A DNA stretch of 64,000 nucleotides, taken from positions 27,952 to 91,951 of the forward strand of contig JAHYJE010000001.1 of assembly GCA_019429105.1 (NCBI GenBank), given 5' to 3'. This document shows positions 37,607 to 51,772 of the stretch, in pieces. Source of the DNA: Syntrophobacterales bacterium (GTDB lineage: Bacteria > Desulfobacterota > Syntrophia > Syntrophales > UBA5619). Numbering within the stretch: position 1 is the stretch's first letter; every line of letters starts with the position of its first letter. Under the pieces are notes generated by a model. That model saw only the letters and a list, made by a program, of their open reading frames with translations. It had not been told where the DNA came from and did no database searches. The translations under genes were made by a program, and so were the position numbers.

Positions 37607-38866
37607 ATGAAGGTCGGCATACTGACAATCGGCAACGAATTGACAAGCGGCAAGATACAGGACACTAACTCCGCGATGATCGCCCGGGCGATCCAGCTCC
37701 AGGGCTGGGTACTGATGCGGATGATGTCCGTCGGAGACGACAACGACGCGATTCATGACGCGCTTTCCTACATGCTTTCCCATGTCGAGGCGCTGGTCGT
37801 AACCGGCGGCCTGGGACCGACCGCCGACGACATTACCACCGCCGCCGTCGCCAGCTCCTTCGGCCTGGAATTGCAGACCGATGAAGCCGTTCTTGCCTAT
37901 GTCCGGAGCATTTTTGCCAACCGGGGGCTGCGCTGGACCGAAAACAACGCCAAACAGGCGGTCTTCCCGGCGGGAGCAAGGATCATCGCCAACCCCTCCG
38001 GAACCGCGGCCGGCTTCGCCCTTTACCGGGCAGGAAAGATCATCGCCGTTATTCCCGGCGTTCCCCGCGAAGCCCAAAAGATGCTCTTCGAGGGGGTAAT
38101 CCCCCTTTTTCGGGAAACCTTTCCCGGTTCCTCACTCCATGTAAAAACAAGCATCTTCCGGCTCTCCGGGATTGCCGAATCGGCCGTTGATGAAGCGATT
38201 GTTGGCGATAATCTGGCCGAAGCAGGAATCGGCGTGGGATTCTATCCCAATTTCCCCGAAAACCAACTGGTGCTGACGGTGCGGGAAAAATCGGCGGAGG
38301 CGGCATCGGAAAAACTCGCAGCCGCCTGCAAAACGGTGGAAATGAGGCTGGGGAAATACATCTTCGCGCGGGGCGAGGAGTCGCTTGCCGGAAACATTGC
38401 GAAAATATTGACAGAAAAAAAACTTACGCTTTCCACAGCCGAATCATGCACCGGGGGACTGATCGCGAACCGGCTGACGGACATCCCCGGCAGCTCCGTG
38501 TTTTTCGAGCGCGGCGCAGTTTCCTACAGTAATGAGTCCAAAGTCGCCCTGCTGGGTGTCCCGGAGGGGGTGATCAACGCCCAAGGTGCGGTAAGCGAGG
38601 AAACGGCGCGCCTGATGGCCGAGGGAATCCGCCGGTCGGCGGGAACCGATCTGGGGCTGTCCGTGACGGGGATCGCCGGTCCCGACGGCGGTACAGTGGA
38701 AAAGCCCGTCGGCACAACCTTTATCGCCCTGGCAACCGGCGACCAGACCTTTTGCCGTCATTACGCCTTCCGCTGGGACAGAAGGCGCAACCGAACAATC
38801 GCCTCCGAATCCGCCCTGTTGATGCTCTGGCGATATCTGACGGGGGGGCTCGGCGATGCGGGATAA
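37607..38866 (+). CDS. cinA: CinA-family protein (MoCF-binding domain plus nicotinamide-nucleotide amidohydrolase)
   Basis: 419 aa. TGGLGPTADD and ESCTGGL motifs. Confidence 0.88.
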   Translation: MKVGILTIGNELTSGKIQDTNSAMIARAIQLQGWVLMRMMSVGDDNDAIHDALSYMLSHVEALVVTGGLGPTADDITTAAVASSFGLELQTDEAVLAYVRSIFANRGLRWTENNAKQAVFPAGARIIANPSGTAAGFALYRAGKIIAVIPGVPREAQKMLFEGVIPLFRETFPGSSLHVKTSIFRLSGIAESAVDEAIVGDNLAEAGIGVGFYPNFPENQLVLTVREKSAEAASEKLAAACKTVEMRLGKYIFARGEESLAGNIAKILTEKKLTLSTAESCTGGLIANRLTDIPGSSVFFERGAVSYSNESKVALLGVPEGVINAQGAVSEETARLMAEGIRRSAGTDLGLSVTGIAGPDGGTVEKPVGTTFIALATGDQTFCRHYAFRWDRRRNRTIASESALLMLWRYLTGGLGDAG

Positions 38867-39461
38867 TGGGACATTGCGCCTCTTTCTGGCAATCGTTCCG
38901 CCGGACGGGCTCAACCGGGAAATCGCGCGGCTTCAAGGACGTTTGCAAAGAATCGTCACCGGGAATATCCGGTGGGTAAAGCCGGAAGGCCTGCACCTGA
39001 CGCTGAAATTTTTTGGCGATGTCTCCGCAATGGCGGTTGAGCAGATATCCACGGCAGGCAAGCAGGCGGCGGACGCGGACGCTCCCTTCACCCTTTCGCT
39101 TTGCGGACTGGGGACGTTCCCCTCGGCTAAACGTCCCCGAGTTGTCTATCTGGAAATGGAGGGTGATACAAAGCGGCTGACAGTGTTTCAAGCCAAACTC
39201 GAAAAGAAGCTTGCGGAAATGGGCTTCCCCGGGGAGGAGCGCCCGTTTTTGCCGCACCTGACCCTGGCCCGGATAAAAACCTTGGCGGAACCGGAAAGTC
39301 TTCTCAGGGAGTTATCGGCAAGCAGCGCTTACGAGGCAAGACAGTTTACCGCCTCCGAACTCTGTCTGTTTAAAAGCGACCTTGGCCCCGGCGGGGCGCT
39401 TTACACAAAACTTGCCGCCTACCCGTTCGCCGGAAGCGCGGGGGAAAGCCTTGCCATTTGA
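38856..39461 (+). CDS. thpR: RNA 2',3'-cyclic phosphodiesterase (2H family)
   Basis: Two HxT motifs (HLTLKF, HLTLAR). Confidence 0.8.
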   Translation: MRDNGTLRLFLAIVPPDGLNREIARLQGRLQRIVTGNIRWVKPEGLHLTLKFFGDVSAMAVEQISTAGKQAADADAPFTLSLCGLGTFPSAKRPRVVYLEMEGDTKRLTVFQAKLEKKLAEMGFPGEERPFLPHLTLARIKTLAEPESLLRELSASSAYEARQFTASELCLFKSDLGPGGALYTKLAAYPFAGSAGESLAI

Positions 39462-39563
39462 AGTTGCAATTTTAGAGTGGATTAGCGGAGCTTAATGTTC
39501 ATAAATGGAGAAACAATAACCAATAGGGGAATATCATTGATAAAGGAAAAAAAGGAGGCGTCT

Positions 39564-40595
39564 ATGGCAGCAGATACGGAACGGGCACGGGCGGTTGATC
39601 TGGCGATCTCGCAGATTGAAAAGCAGTTTGGCAAGGGAGCGATCATGCGGTTGGGGGGAAACGAGGTGATATCCGATATCCCCGCCATCCCGACGGGTTC
39701 GATCAGCCTCGATATCGCCCTGGGCACGGGCGGCGTCCCCCGGGGGCGGATCATCGAGATATTCGGCCCCGAGTCCGGCGGAAAGACAACCCTCGCGCTG
39801 CACATCATCGCCGAGGCGCAGAAACTGGGCGGGCTGGCGGCGTTCATTGACGCCGAGCACGCCCTCGACGTCGTCTATGCGCGCAAGATCGGGGTAAATA
39901 CCGACGATCTGTTGATTTCGCAACCCGACACGGGGGAGCAGGCACTGGAAATTTGTGAGACCCTCGTCCGCAGCGGGGCGCTCGATATTCTGGTTGTCGA
40001 TTCAGTCGCCGCGCTGGTGCCGAAGGCGGAGATCGAAGGGGAAATGGGCGACGCCCAGATGGGCCTTCAGGCGCGGCTGATGTCGCAGGCGCTCAGAAAA
40101 TTGACCGGCAGCATCAGCAAGTCAAAAACAACCGTGATCTTCATCAACCAGCTCCGGATGAAGATCGGCGTCTTCTTCGGCAACCCGGAAACGACGACCG
40201 GCGGGAACGCGCTCAAATTCTACTCCACGATGCGCCTTGACATCCGCAAGGTAACCGCGCTCAAATCCGGGCAGGACGTCATCGGCTTCCGCACCCGCGT
40301 CAAGGTGGTTAAAAACAAGGTTGCCCCGCCGTTCCGGGAAACGGAATTTGACATCATTTTCGGGGAGGGAATCTCGAAAGAGGGAGACTTGATCGATCTC
40401 GCGTCCGACAAGGGAATCATCGAAAAAAGCGGCGCCTGGTACTCCTACAAGGGTGACAGACTCGGCCAGGGAAGGGATAACACCCGCACCTTCCTGAAGG
40501 AAAACACAGACATGATGAGCAAAATAGAAACCGAATTATTAGAGAAGCTCGGCATCGGACCTAAAAAAGCGGGCGTCGGGGAAAGCGCCAAATAA
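39564..40595 (+). CDS. recA: Recombinase RecA
   Basis: [12 protein letters not shown] and FINQLR. Start at [10 protein letters not shown] with RBS aaggagg. Confidence 0.95.
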   Translation: MAADTERARAVDLAISQIEKQFGKGAIMRLGGNEVISDIPAIPTGSISLDIALGTGGVPRGRIIEIFGPESGGKTTLALHIIAEAQKLGGLAAFIDAEHALDVVYARKIGVNTDDLLISQPDTGEQALEICETLVRSGALDILVVDSVAALVPKAEIEGEMGDAQMGLQARLMSQALRKLTGSISKSKTTVIFINQLRMKIGVFFGNPETTTGGNALKFYSTMRLDIRKVTALKSGQDVIGFRTRVKVVKNKVAPPFRETEFDIIFGEGISKEGDLIDLASDKGIIEKSGAWYSYKGDRLGQGRDNTRTFLKENTDMMSKIETELLEKLGIGPKKAGVGESAK

Positions 40596-40597
40596 GA

Positions 40598-41098
40598 ATG
40601 GACGAAGAGCGCGAGTTCGCAAAGGCCAAAGAAAAGGCCTTCCGACTATTGGGAATCCGGGCTCACAGCGAAAGGGAACTGCGCCTGAAACTGAAGTCGG
40701 GGAATTTTGCTCCGGCCGTGGTCGAGGACGTAATCGTTAGATGCCGGGAACTTGGCTATATCAGTGACGGGGAGTTCGCCCGGCAGCGGGCAAGGGCGCT
40801 GGCGACAAACCGGCTGGCCGGAAATCGCCGGATAGCCTTCGACCTGCAGGAAAAGGGTGTCGCCGCTGATCTCCGGGCAGCGGCAATCGCTGCGGTTGAC
40901 GAAGAGCTGGACGAAGCAAAACGAATCAGGCGCATACTGGAGAAACGTCCCTCGGAACGAATGACCGGGAAGTCGGACGAAAAGGAAAAGGCACGATTAA
41001 TCAGGAACTTGATGGGCAAGGGGTTTCCCCTGGAGCTTATCCTGCGCACAATCAACGAACAGGAGGAAGAAGCGGTTCATGACGATGACGGGCAATGA
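40598..41098 (+). CDS. recX: RecA regulator RecX
   Basis: 166 aa. Position directly after recA and helical-repeat composition. Confidence 0.8.
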   Translation: MDEEREFAKAKEKAFRLLGIRAHSERELRLKLKSGNFAPAVVEDVIVRCRELGYISDGEFARQRARALATNRLAGNRRIAFDLQEKGVAADLRAAAIAAVDEELDEAKRIRRILEKRPSERMTGKSDEKEKARLIRNLMGKGFPLELILRTINEQEEEAVHDDDGQ

Positions 41099-43715
41099 AA
41101 TACGGGACAGTTATCTGCAATTCTTTAAAAGCAAGGGGCACACGATAGTCGGCAGTTCCCCGCTTGTCCCCAGGGACGATCCGACCCTCCTTTTTACAAA
41201 CGCCGGGATGGTGCAGTTCAAAAACAGTTTTCTGGGGCTGGAGGAGCGGGGCTACACCCGGACGGCCACCTCGCAGAAATGCGTACGGGCGGGCGGAAAA
41301 CATAACGACCTGGAAAATGTCGGCGTAACAGCCCGTCATCACACATTTTTTGAAATGCTGGGGAACTTTTCGTTCGGGGATTACTTCAAAAAAGAGGCGC
41401 TCGCCTGGGCGTGGGAATACCTGACCGAGGTGATCGGACTGGACAAGGAAAAACTTTGGGTGACGGTCTATCAGGATGACGAAGAGGCGCGGCTGATCTG
41501 GCGCGACGACCTGGGGGTCCCCGAAACGCGGATCGTCCGGATGGGGGAAAAAACCAATTTCTGGACAATGGGGGATACCGGCCCCTGCGGCCCCTGCTCC
41601 GAGATCATCTACGACCAGGGCGAAGGCGCCGGGTGCGGCCGGCCGGAGTGCGACATCTACTGCGAATGCGACCGCCACCTCGAGCTCTGGAACCTTGTTT
41701 TCACCCAGTTCGACCGCGACCAGTCCGGGGCACTCACCCCGCTGCCGCGGCCCAATATCGACACCGGCATGGGGCTCGAACGGCTCGCGGCGGTCGCCCA
41801 GGGGGTAAAAAGCAACTACGATTCCGACCTCTTTGCCGGCATCATCCGCTTCATCGCCAAAATCAGCGGCCGCACTTACGGCAGCAACGAGGAGTCCGAC
41901 ATCTCGCTCCGCGTCATCGCCGACCACAGCCGTGCCGTTGCCTTTTTGATCGGCGACGGGGTCATCCCCAGCAATGAGGGACGGGGCTACGTCCTGAGAC
42001 GAATCCTCCGCCGGGCGGCGCGCCACGGAAAACTAATCGGCATGAACCGCCCGTTTTTACACGAGGTATGCGGGGCAGTTATTGACGAGATGCAGGGAGC
42101 CTACCCCGATTTGCTGGCCAGGGCATCGTATATCCGGAAGGTAGTTGAAAGCGAGGAGCAGCGATTCATCGAAACCCTCGATGCCGGCCTCCGCATCCTC
42201 CAGGAGGAGACAGCCGCCCTCAAAACGGCTGGCAAAGTTATAATCCCCGGCGAGGTAGTTTTCAAACTTTACGACACCTACGGTTTTCCCGTTGACCTGA
42301 CAGAGGATATCGTCCGCCGCGACGGCCTTTCGCTCGACATGGAGGGTTTCGAACAGGCGATGAACCTCCAGCGAAAAAAGGCCCGCGAGTCGTGGAAGGG
42401 AAGCGGCGAAGCGGCCATTTCCGACATATATCGTCAACTTACACTGGAGGGAATCGTGTCGGAATTCTCCGGCTACGAGGGCGTGACAACGGGGCGCTCC
42501 GCAATCAGCGCCATCCTGGTCGCCGGCCAGAGGGTGGAAGAAATAGCTGAAGGAACGGAGGCGGAGCTCATTGCCGCGCAAACGCCTTTCTACGGGGAGG
42601 TCGGTGGGCAAATCGGCGACACGGGGCTCATCACGGGGGAAGGATTCGAATTTGCCGTGACCGATACAAAAAGACCGCTCGACAACCTGGTCAGCCATGT
42701 CGGCCGGGTCGTCAAGGGCAAGATAAAAATCGGGGATCAGGCCGATATGCTCGTAGATGCGGCAAAAAGAAGGGATACGGAGGCCAACCACTCCGGAACC
42801 CACCTGCTCCAGTCTGCCCTGAAAGAGGTGCTGGGGGAACACGTAAAGCAGTCCGGGTCGCTCGTCAGCCCGGAGCGGCTGCGCTTCGACTTCACCCATT
42901 TTTCGCGGATTTCCGAGGCAGAACTGGGCCGGGTGGAGGAGCGGGTAAACGCGATGATCCGGGCAAATGTCCCGGTGGAAACCCGGGTGCTGCCGCTTGC
43001 TGAAGCCATCAAGACCGGGGCGACCGCGGTCTTCGACGAAAAGTACGGCGACCGGGTCCGGGTTCTCCAGATGGGCGCCTTCAGCCGGGAGCTCTGCGGC
43101 GGCACGCATGTGGCCCGAACCGGCGATATCGGATTTTTCAAGATCATCCACGAATCGTCCGTTGCGGCCGGGGTGCGCCGGGTTGAAGCCCTGACCGGAC
43201 GGGGCGCTGCGGCTTATGCCGGACGCCTCGAGGAGGAACTCCGCCGGTCGGCGGCTCTTTTGAAATGCAGCCCCTTCGAAACGGCGGAAAAGACTGAAAA
43301 ACTCCTGCACATTCAGCGTGATCTGGAAAAAGAAAGGGATGCGTTGAAGGCCAAAATGGCGGCGCAGGATTCCGGAGAGCTGCTGGAAAAAGTCCGGCAG
43401 GTAAACGGGATCAACATGCTTGCGGCTGTCGTGAATGCCTCCGATGCGAAGGCGCTCCGCGATTTCGGCGACAAGCTCAGGGATCGCCTCCGCTCGGGGG
43501 TAATCCTGCTCGGCAGCCGGGTTGACGATAAGGCAATGCTGCTGTGCCTCGTCACCAAGGACCTGGTCGAACGTTGCCACGCAGGCCGGATCATCGGGCA
43601 GATCGCCCCCACCGTCGGCGGCCGGGGCGGCGGCCGTCCCGACATGGCGCAGGCCGGCGGCCCCCACCCGGAATTTCTGGAACAGGCGCTGGAAAAGCTG
43701 GCCGGACTGCTGTAA
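41079..43715 (+). CDS. alaS: Alanine--tRNA ligase
   Basis: 878 aa. FTNAGM, HHTFFEMLGN, GPCGPCSEI, HxxxH editing motif and C-terminal DHHA1. The true start may be Met3. Confidence 0.95.
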   Translation: MTMTGNEIRDSYLQFFKSKGHTIVGSSPLVPRDDPTLLFTNAGMVQFKNSFLGLEERGYTRTATSQKCVRAGGKHNDLENVGVTARHHTFFEMLGNFSFGDYFKKEALAWAWEYLTEVIGLDKEKLWVTVYQDDEEARLIWRDDLGVPETRIVRMGEKTNFWTMGDTGPCGPCSEIIYDQGEGAGCGRPECDIYCECDRHLELWNLVFTQFDRDQSGALTPLPRPNIDTGMGLERLAAVAQGVKSNYDSDLFAGIIRFIAKISGRTYGSNEESDISLRVIADHSRAVAFLIGDGVIPSNEGRGYVLRRILRRAARHGKLIGMNRPFLHEVCGAVIDEMQGAYPDLLARASYIRKVVESEEQRFIETLDAGLRILQEETAALKTAGKVIIPGEVVFKLYDTYGFPVDLTEDIVRRDGLSLDMEGFEQAMNLQRKKARESWKGSGEAAISDIYRQLTLEGIVSEFSGYEGVTTGRSAISAILVAGQRVEEIAEGTEAELIAAQTPFYGEVGGQIGDTGLITGEGFEFAVTDTKRPLDNLVSHVGRVVKGKIKIGDQADMLVDAAKRRDTEANHSGTHLLQSALKEVLGEHVKQSGSLVSPERLRFDFTHFSRISEAELGRVEERVNAMIRANVPVETRVLPLAEAIKTGATAVFDEKYGDRVRVLQMGAFSRELCGGTHVARTGDIGFFKIIHESSVAAGVRRVEALTGRGAAAYAGRLEEELRRSAALLKCSPFETAEKTEKLLHIQRDLEKERDALKAKMAAQDSGELLEKVRQVNGINMLAAVVNASDAKALRDFGDKLRDRLRSGVILLGSRVDDKAMLLCLVTKDLVERCHAGRIIGQIAPTVGGRGGGRPDMAQAGGPHPEFLEQALEKLAGLL

Positions 43716-43858
43716 CGAAGCGGACGGACTGGCTTTTAATAAACGCCCCGTTTTGTCATTTCCGTAAAAGCAGTAATCCGCAAGCTCATACAAGTTCCAA
43801 AACTCCAAATGATTGCGGTAGATGAAAATTCGGTTTTGAAGAGCAATGGAGGTAAGAG

Positions 43859-46375
<2,517 letters not shown>

Positions 46376-46590
46376 ATCCGCAAGATTAAAAGGCAAAGCA
46401 GAATTATGCCGCCTCCCGGCGCTTAAAACAATCCGGGGTTCTTTACAAAATCAGCGGACTGCAACCGTGCTTTTTGTGATATCTCGAGTTATCATGGCGG
46501 CATGATAAAGGATGGGTAGGAAAAACGTAGGGTGAAATGCTGATTTGCCCGGTTCGGATCAAGCAAATCAGTACCCGTCCCCGATATTGC

Positions 46591-48768
46591 CTAATTCTCT
46601 TTCTTCTGCACTTGTTTTGCTTTTTTTTGACGTGCAGGTTCAATAGAAGCAGCCGCAGAACTGGCATTCCAAATCATCTCGTCGCCGGCGATGTTCCGGA
46701 ACTTGATGCGGAAATTGCTGGTCGGCAAGGCGTAGCGGCCTTTGATCTTTTCCTTCGGGCCGGCCTTGTCTTCCAGCGCGGGATTGCTGACCCACACGCC
46801 GTCGTCCCGAAGCGCGGTATCGAATTGAATGGCTTCGATGAGTTCCAGGCCGGTATCGCTGATTTTCACTGCATGGAAGGGGACAGATGGTTTGGCGGTC
46901 TGCCCGCCGTTCGTGTCGCTCTCGCCGTTTCCATTTCCGTTCTCGCCGCCGTTGCCGTTTCCGTTCTCGCCGCCGTTGCCGTTTTCCTCCAGCAGATTCA
47001 TGCCGCTGCGTTTGCCACGCTTGGCGTTAAACTCGTCAATCTTGGCCTTGAGATAGGGGCTGAAATACTGTTTCACGTTGACTTCCCAGCGGCCTCTACC
47101 GACGGGTTGGACCTCCACAACGGCACTGTCCGGGGTGAAGAGGCTGGCGGCCTTCTTGTCGAGGAGCTGGTTGAGACTGACCAACTCCACCTTGAGTTGC
47201 GTCTTCCCGCTTTCCCGAAGCCGTTTATCGACGCACCCCTGATCCACTTCCAGGTCGCGGTGGGCATAGAGAATCCGCACACCCTCGGCGCGGTCGTCGG
47301 ATTCGAGCTGATAGATCTCCTCCAGGTACACGTCCAGCAGCGCGGGCGTGAGGCGTTCGTGGAGGCCGACGAACTTGAGCGGGATGTAGCGCCCCGACGC
47401 TCCCGGCAAGCCGCCGTCCCAGAACTCGCCAAGCTCCAGTTCCTCGCGCTTTTTGAACCCTTCGACGAGACTGAATATCTTCGCCATTGTCTGCGCCGGG
47501 TTGCGGAAAAGGCGAATGCCATCCTGAATTTTCAGGATGTCGAAAGATGCGCCGGCGGCAACAAGTCGGTCGCGGGTCGTCTGAATGGCATTGAGGCCAA
47601 TGTCGCAGGCGATAAAACGGCGGCCCAGTTTGTGCGCTACGGCCGCGGTGGTGCCGCTGCCGCTGAAGAAGTCCGCCACGGTCATGCCGGAGTTGGAAGA
47701 TGCGTTGATGATCCGTTCCAGCAAAGCCTCGGGTTTTTGCGTTGTGTAATCGTAACGTTCGTCTGCTTGTGAGTTCACTGAATCAATATCTGTCCACAAA
47801 CTGTGAACTGCAATTCCGGGCAACTCATCAAGGTATCGTTTCACCCTTGGCATACCGGTTCCCGTGAAAACAATGCGCCCTTCCTCCATGAACTTATTAA
47901 CGTTTGCCTGGCTGTAGCGCCACATAGCTCCGGATGGAGGCGCAATCACTTTATCTCCAAATTTGAGAGGCTGGCCTTCGTGGCCATGAGCAGGAGCGGT
48001 CGGGTTGTCTAAACTGAAAATCCGGTTGTCTGGGTCACGCCCGGTGAAATGACTGTCAATATAGGATTGTGGAATAGGTGTGTGGATTTTGTTGAAAAGA
48101 TAGTCTTCTCCGCAGGCATAGAGAAAGATGCTTTCGTGAACAATACCGAACTTGTTCGCGTCTGCATGAAAGTTAAATCGTTTCCATACGATTTCGTTAA
48201 GGAAATTGTCTTCGCCAAGCACCTCATCCAATAGAACCTTCACGTAGTGTCCGATATGCCAATCGAGATGGACATAGATGGACGCTGTTTCGTTCATCAC
48301 CTCGCGCATGGCCAGCAGACGTTCGTAAAGCCAGTTGAGGTAATCCTCCTTCTGCCAGATGTCCCCATACATGATTTCTTCGCCGATGGCGCTATCGCTG
48401 CCATCGACTGCGGTCTCACCGTTTTTCTTCCCGTTCCGCAAGAATATTTTCTTCGCATAGTTCGCGCCGCTGGCGAAGGGCGGGTCAATGTAGAAAAGGT
48501 CCACCTTGATGTTGTTGGCCTTCAGGTAAGCGCAGGCGGAAAGTGCGTCGCCGTGCAGGAGGAGATTCGGGCCGACAACGGTCGAAACCTGCTCCATGCC
48601 GGGGAGCAGCTCGCTGGAGGCCGGACGGACTTCCTCCACCGCAACTGTCTCATAGAGCGGCAGATGATCGGGCATGCGGCGGCCCGGGAAACTGAGCAGC
48701 GCCTGTCCGCGCGCCGGGCTGATGGTGTATGGCAGGGGTTGATAGGGTGGCTTGATCATAGGTTCCAT
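46591..48768 (-). CDS. Type III-like DNA methyltransferase (Mod; beta-class N6A/N4C MTase) with a 320-aa C-terminal extension
   Basis: FYIDPPF (motif IV) lies N-terminal to [12 protein letters not shown] (motif I). Residues 406-725 lie outside the MTase core. Confidence 0.8.
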   Translation of the reverse strand: MEPMIKPPYQPLPYTISPARGQALLSFPGRRMPDHLPLYETVAVEEVRPASSELLPGMEQVSTVVGPNLLLHGDALSACAYLKANNIKVDLFYIDPPFASGANYAKKIFLRNGKKNGETAVDGSDSAIGEEIMYGDIWQKEDYLNWLYERLLAMREVMNETASIYVHLDWHIGHYVKVLLDEVLGEDNFLNEIVWKRFNFHADANKFGIVHESIFLYACGEDYLFNKIHTPIPQSYIDSHFTGRDPDNRIFSLDNPTAPAHGHEGQPLKFGDKVIAPPSGAMWRYSQANVNKFMEEGRIVFTGTGMPRVKRYLDELPGIAVHSLWTDIDSVNSQADERYDYTTQKPEALLERIINASSNSGMTVADFFSGSGTTAAVAHKLGRRFIACDIGLNAIQTTRDRLVAAGASFDILKIQDGIRLFRNPAQTMAKIFSLVEGFKKREELELGEFWDGGLPGASGRYIPLKFVGLHERLTPALLDVYLEEIYQLESDDRAEGVRILYAHRDLEVDQGCVDKRLRESGKTQLKVELVSLNQLLDKKAASLFTPDSAVVEVQPVGRGRWEVNVKQYFSPYLKAKIDEFNAKRGKRSGMNLLEENGNGGENGNGNGGENGNGNGESDTNGGQTAKPSVPFHAVKISDTGLELIEAIQFDTALRDDGVWVSNPALEDKAGPKEKIKGRYALPTSNFRIKFRNIAGDEMIWNASSAAASIEPARQKKAKQVQKKEN
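46921..46984. repeat. In-frame tandem repeat (24-bp unit, about 2.7 copies) inside mod
   Basis: CTCGCCGCCGTTGCCGTTTCCGTT repeats encode (ENGNGNGG)n on the minus strand. Confidence 0.85.
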
Positions 48769-51626
48769 ATCTCCTTCTTCACGTCCTCAAGGTGGCGGGA
48801 AAAGTTGTTGTCGTCATCGTCCACAAAACAGCGATACCGAAAGTGCGGGTTGTGCTTCAGGAAGACGTCGTTGACGAACTTTTCCTTGGCTTTGAAGTCC
48901 GCGTCGTAGAACTTCTTTCCCTTCGTTTCGAGGATCAGGACGCGGTCAATCCGGCCGGCGTCCGCGTCCGGGGCATAGTCCGGCTGCCGGCGGTAGGGCT
49001 TAGCCTGGTTGCGCTTGAGAATGAGAAAATCAGGCGTGTAGTTCCCGTAGGGGGTGCGAATCACCAAAGACTGAAGCGCGCCGCTGCGGTAACCGTTATA
49101 GTAAAACTCCAACCCGCGCAGGTCGGCGAGTTTCGTCAGGTCGCGCAGCGCCGCCGCTTCGTACCGGGAAGCGAAGTCATAGGGCGCGTAGTTGAAGGTT
49201 ACGTCGCCGGGGTCAAGCGAATAATCCTCGATCCGGTCTTCGAGGTAGTTGGGCCGTTTGTTCAGCGTGGGCAACTCGGCGGCGGTGAACGACGGCAGAA
49301 ACAGGCCGCCCGCGTAAGGGATGGATGGGGGCGGGTCCATGCGCCAGTCGAGTAGTTCGATTTCGACTTCTTCTTCCACATCTTCGTGGGTGACGCGGAT
49401 ATCTTCCATCAGGAGAGAGGCGGTAAAGGCCATGACTTCGTCCAGCGCCAGGGTGGGATGGAGCGCGAGCCACCCGAGTTGGTCCCGAATCTGGGCGCAA
49501 ATGCCGCGTAAGGCGGCGTCGTGCTTCTCGGTCAAGTCGGCTTCGGAGAATCGGCCCCAGGAGGCGCGGGCCAGTGCGGCCAGGAAATCACCATACCCGA
49601 ACGGGTGCTGAACGGCGGCAGCGTCAAGGATGTCGGTGCGTTCGTTCGACAGTCCGCGTTTGCCAACCGAGGCTTCCGTGACGGTCGGCGTAAAGGGATA
49701 ACGGGTCTTGAACATCCCGAAATCGAAACTGTCTAATTGAGCGGCGCTGTCTCCCGCCCGCTCTTCCCGGACAATGGTGTAACGGCGGCGAATGTTCCGG
49801 AAGCGAACCCGGCCCAGCCGCGGTTTGCGGATAAGAACGTTGATCGCCTGTTCGGCATGGATCTGCAGGTCGGCGATGGAAAGCGCGTAGTTCTCCTTCA
49901 ATTCCTTGTCGAGCGTCTCGTAGTTCCCTTCGCCGAGGGCGATGAGGGCGGTTTCGTCCTTTGCCGATACCACTTCACGCAGACAGCGGCAGGTGGTCTG
50001 TAGAACAAAGTTCTTGGTCGTTTCGCGGCGCGGCAGGGCAACGGCGGTCAGGCTCTTGCAGTCCCAGCCCTCCGTGCCGATCGCGACCAGAAGAATAACC
50101 CGCTTGCCGATATGGGGCTGATCCAGATTGTGGAAGATCGCCTCCGAGTCTTTCGGGAGAGCCCATTGCTTCTGCGTCTTCTTCACACCCCGGTAGAAAC
50201 GGAAAATCTCCGCGTCTTCACGGCCGGGCCGGTGGGCGGCGTACCAGGCGTCCACGGCGGGCAGGATCTCGGTATTCAACTTCTCAATGCTCGGGCAATA
50301 GAAGGCGATCTTGCTGGGCGTGCCGCCGGGATAGATGCGGTCGTAATCGTTGAAAAAACTCGTCAGGGCGGCGCTGACAAACTGGTCGCCTGCCATGTTC
50401 TGCCCGATGACCCGGGGCGCCTTCAGGAAACGGCCGATGCCGTCGGCGAGGGAATAGTGATAGACGATAAGCTGGATCTGACTGAGTTTCACTTTTGAAT
50501 CGGCAAAAGGCACTTGATGTTTGAGGTAGGGGGTGCCGGAGAATCCCAGTACGGTGCAGACATGACCGTGCTGGTTGAGTATATCCACCGCCAGTTTCAG
50601 CTTTTTTTCGTCATCGCCGGAACTGCTGAAGAAGTGATGCGCTTCATCGAGGATGACCGAAAGCCCGGGAATCTGTGAGAGTTTTTCGCGAAGGGCGTTG
50701 ATCTTGACGACTTCTGTCGCCTTCTTCTCGTCGTAGAACAGGCTGCTTGGGTCGGCTGTCTGCTGGTCTTCCGGAGAGAGTTTCTCCATGACGACTTTTT
50801 CGGCGTTGGTGATGAATATCAACCCGAAATCGCTGGTTTGCGTAAGGCGATTTACCTTCTCCAGATTGGGGTTGTTGCCGTGGAGTTTGTCCCGGCGCTT
50901 GGAGCTCTGGCTGTCCAGAATCTCGAAATGCACATGGCGGCGCAATTCGGCGGCATCACTGGCGGGCAGAACCCATGACGGATCAAAGTTCCGTATGGTT
51001 TGCAGGGACGGCAGGATCGCTGTTTTCGACGCTTGCGGGGCGAAGACAACGAAGTTGCGGGAGAATCGGGGATCATGGGGATGCAGTCGCGCAAAGTGCA
51101 AATCCAGATAAATGAACGCGGCCATCAGGTACGTCTTTCCGGCGCCCATCGGCAAGCTGAACAGGTAGTTCGGGTACGTAAAATCGTGGAGCAAGGCATT
51201 GAGAAAAACGTCCCAGTTCGTTCGGCAACTGAGGGGATCGTCCTTCACCATTGCGGCAAGCTTCGGCAATTCATTGACTTGGGCAAACCGGTAGAGAACC
51301 TCGGCGGTGGCGTTTCCGCACAGAGCCGGCTGTGGTTCGGCGAGACTCTGAAGCGCGCCGGAGCGAACAATGTCGCCCAAAGAGCGATTGCGGCCGACAA
51401 ACTTAAGCCATAGGAAGACTTCAATCGCCTGGCGTTGCGGCAGGCGAAGCTTGCCGTTCCTTTCGAGATGCGTGGCAATCTGGCCGGGCAACGACTGAGT
51501 ATTGGCTTTCTCCTGCGCGATCCACGCGAAGGCAGCCTGTTCAACAAGGTCGTGCAGATTCAGCAAGGTGGACGGGGCGACGGCACTCCCGCGTGTGATG
51601 TTTATCTTTTTGTTTCTATTTGCCAT
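48756..51626 (-). CDS. Type III-like restriction subunit (Res): SF2 helicase plus a C-terminal PD-(D/E)xK nuclease
   Basis: 956 aa. [31 protein letters not shown], and C-terminal YTPDFLIL…LILETKG. The stop overlaps the mod start by 13 nt. Confidence 0.8.
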   Translation of the reverse strand: MANRNKKINITRGSAVAPSTLLNLHDLVEQAAFAWIAQEKANTQSLPGQIATHLERNGKLRLPQRQAIEVFLWLKFVGRNRSLGDIVRSGALQSLAEPQPALCGNATAEVLYRFAQVNELPKLAAMVKDDPLSCRTNWDVFLNALLHDFTYPNYLFSLPMGAGKTYLMAAFIYLDLHFARLHPHDPRFSRNFVVFAPQASKTAILPSLQTIRNFDPSWVLPASDAAELRRHVHFEILDSQSSKRRDKLHGNNPNLEKVNRLTQTSDFGLIFITNAEKVVMEKLSPEDQQTADPSSLFYDEKKATEVVKINALREKLSQIPGLSVILDEAHHFFSSSGDDEKKLKLAVDILNQHGHVCTVLGFSGTPYLKHQVPFADSKVKLSQIQLIVYHYSLADGIGRFLKAPRVIGQNMAGDQFVSAALTSFFNDYDRIYPGGTPSKIAFYCPSIEKLNTEILPAVDAWYAAHRPGREDAEIFRFYRGVKKTQKQWALPKDSEAIFHNLDQPHIGKRVILLVAIGTEGWDCKSLTAVALPRRETTKNFVLQTTCRCLREVVSAKDETALIALGEGNYETLDKELKENYALSIADLQIHAEQAINVLIRKPRLGRVRFRNIRRRYTIVREERAGDSAAQLDSFDFGMFKTRYPFTPTVTEASVGKRGLSNERTDILDAAAVQHPFGYGDFLAALARASWGRFSEADLTEKHDAALRGICAQIRDQLGWLALHPTLALDEVMAFTASLLMEDIRVTHEDVEEEVEIELLDWRMDPPPSIPYAGGLFLPSFTAAELPTLNKRPNYLEDRIEDYSLDPGDVTFNYAPYDFASRYEAAALRDLTKLADLRGLEFYYNGYRSGALQSLVIRTPYGNYTPDFLILKRNQAKPYRRQPDYAPDADAGRIDRVLILETKGKKFYDADFKAKEKFVNDVFLKHNPHFRYRCFVDDDDNNFSRHLEDVKKEIWNL

Positions 51627-51772
51627 TCTTCATTAAATCCGGAATTGTCACTTAAACTCGCCGGGATTTCCAGCAGGCCAGAAGACCTTGCACCAGGGCC
51701 ATCTGGTTAAAATTTCCCCGCTGGAGGTTCTCGAACAAAGGCGGCAAGAGAGCATCCCGCTGCCTTGGGAGC

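Noticed and set aside
46921-46984. Tandem repeats considered as a possible CRISPR array.
   Set aside because: The units are contiguous with no spacers, there are only about 2.7 copies, and they lie in frame inside the mod coding sequence.
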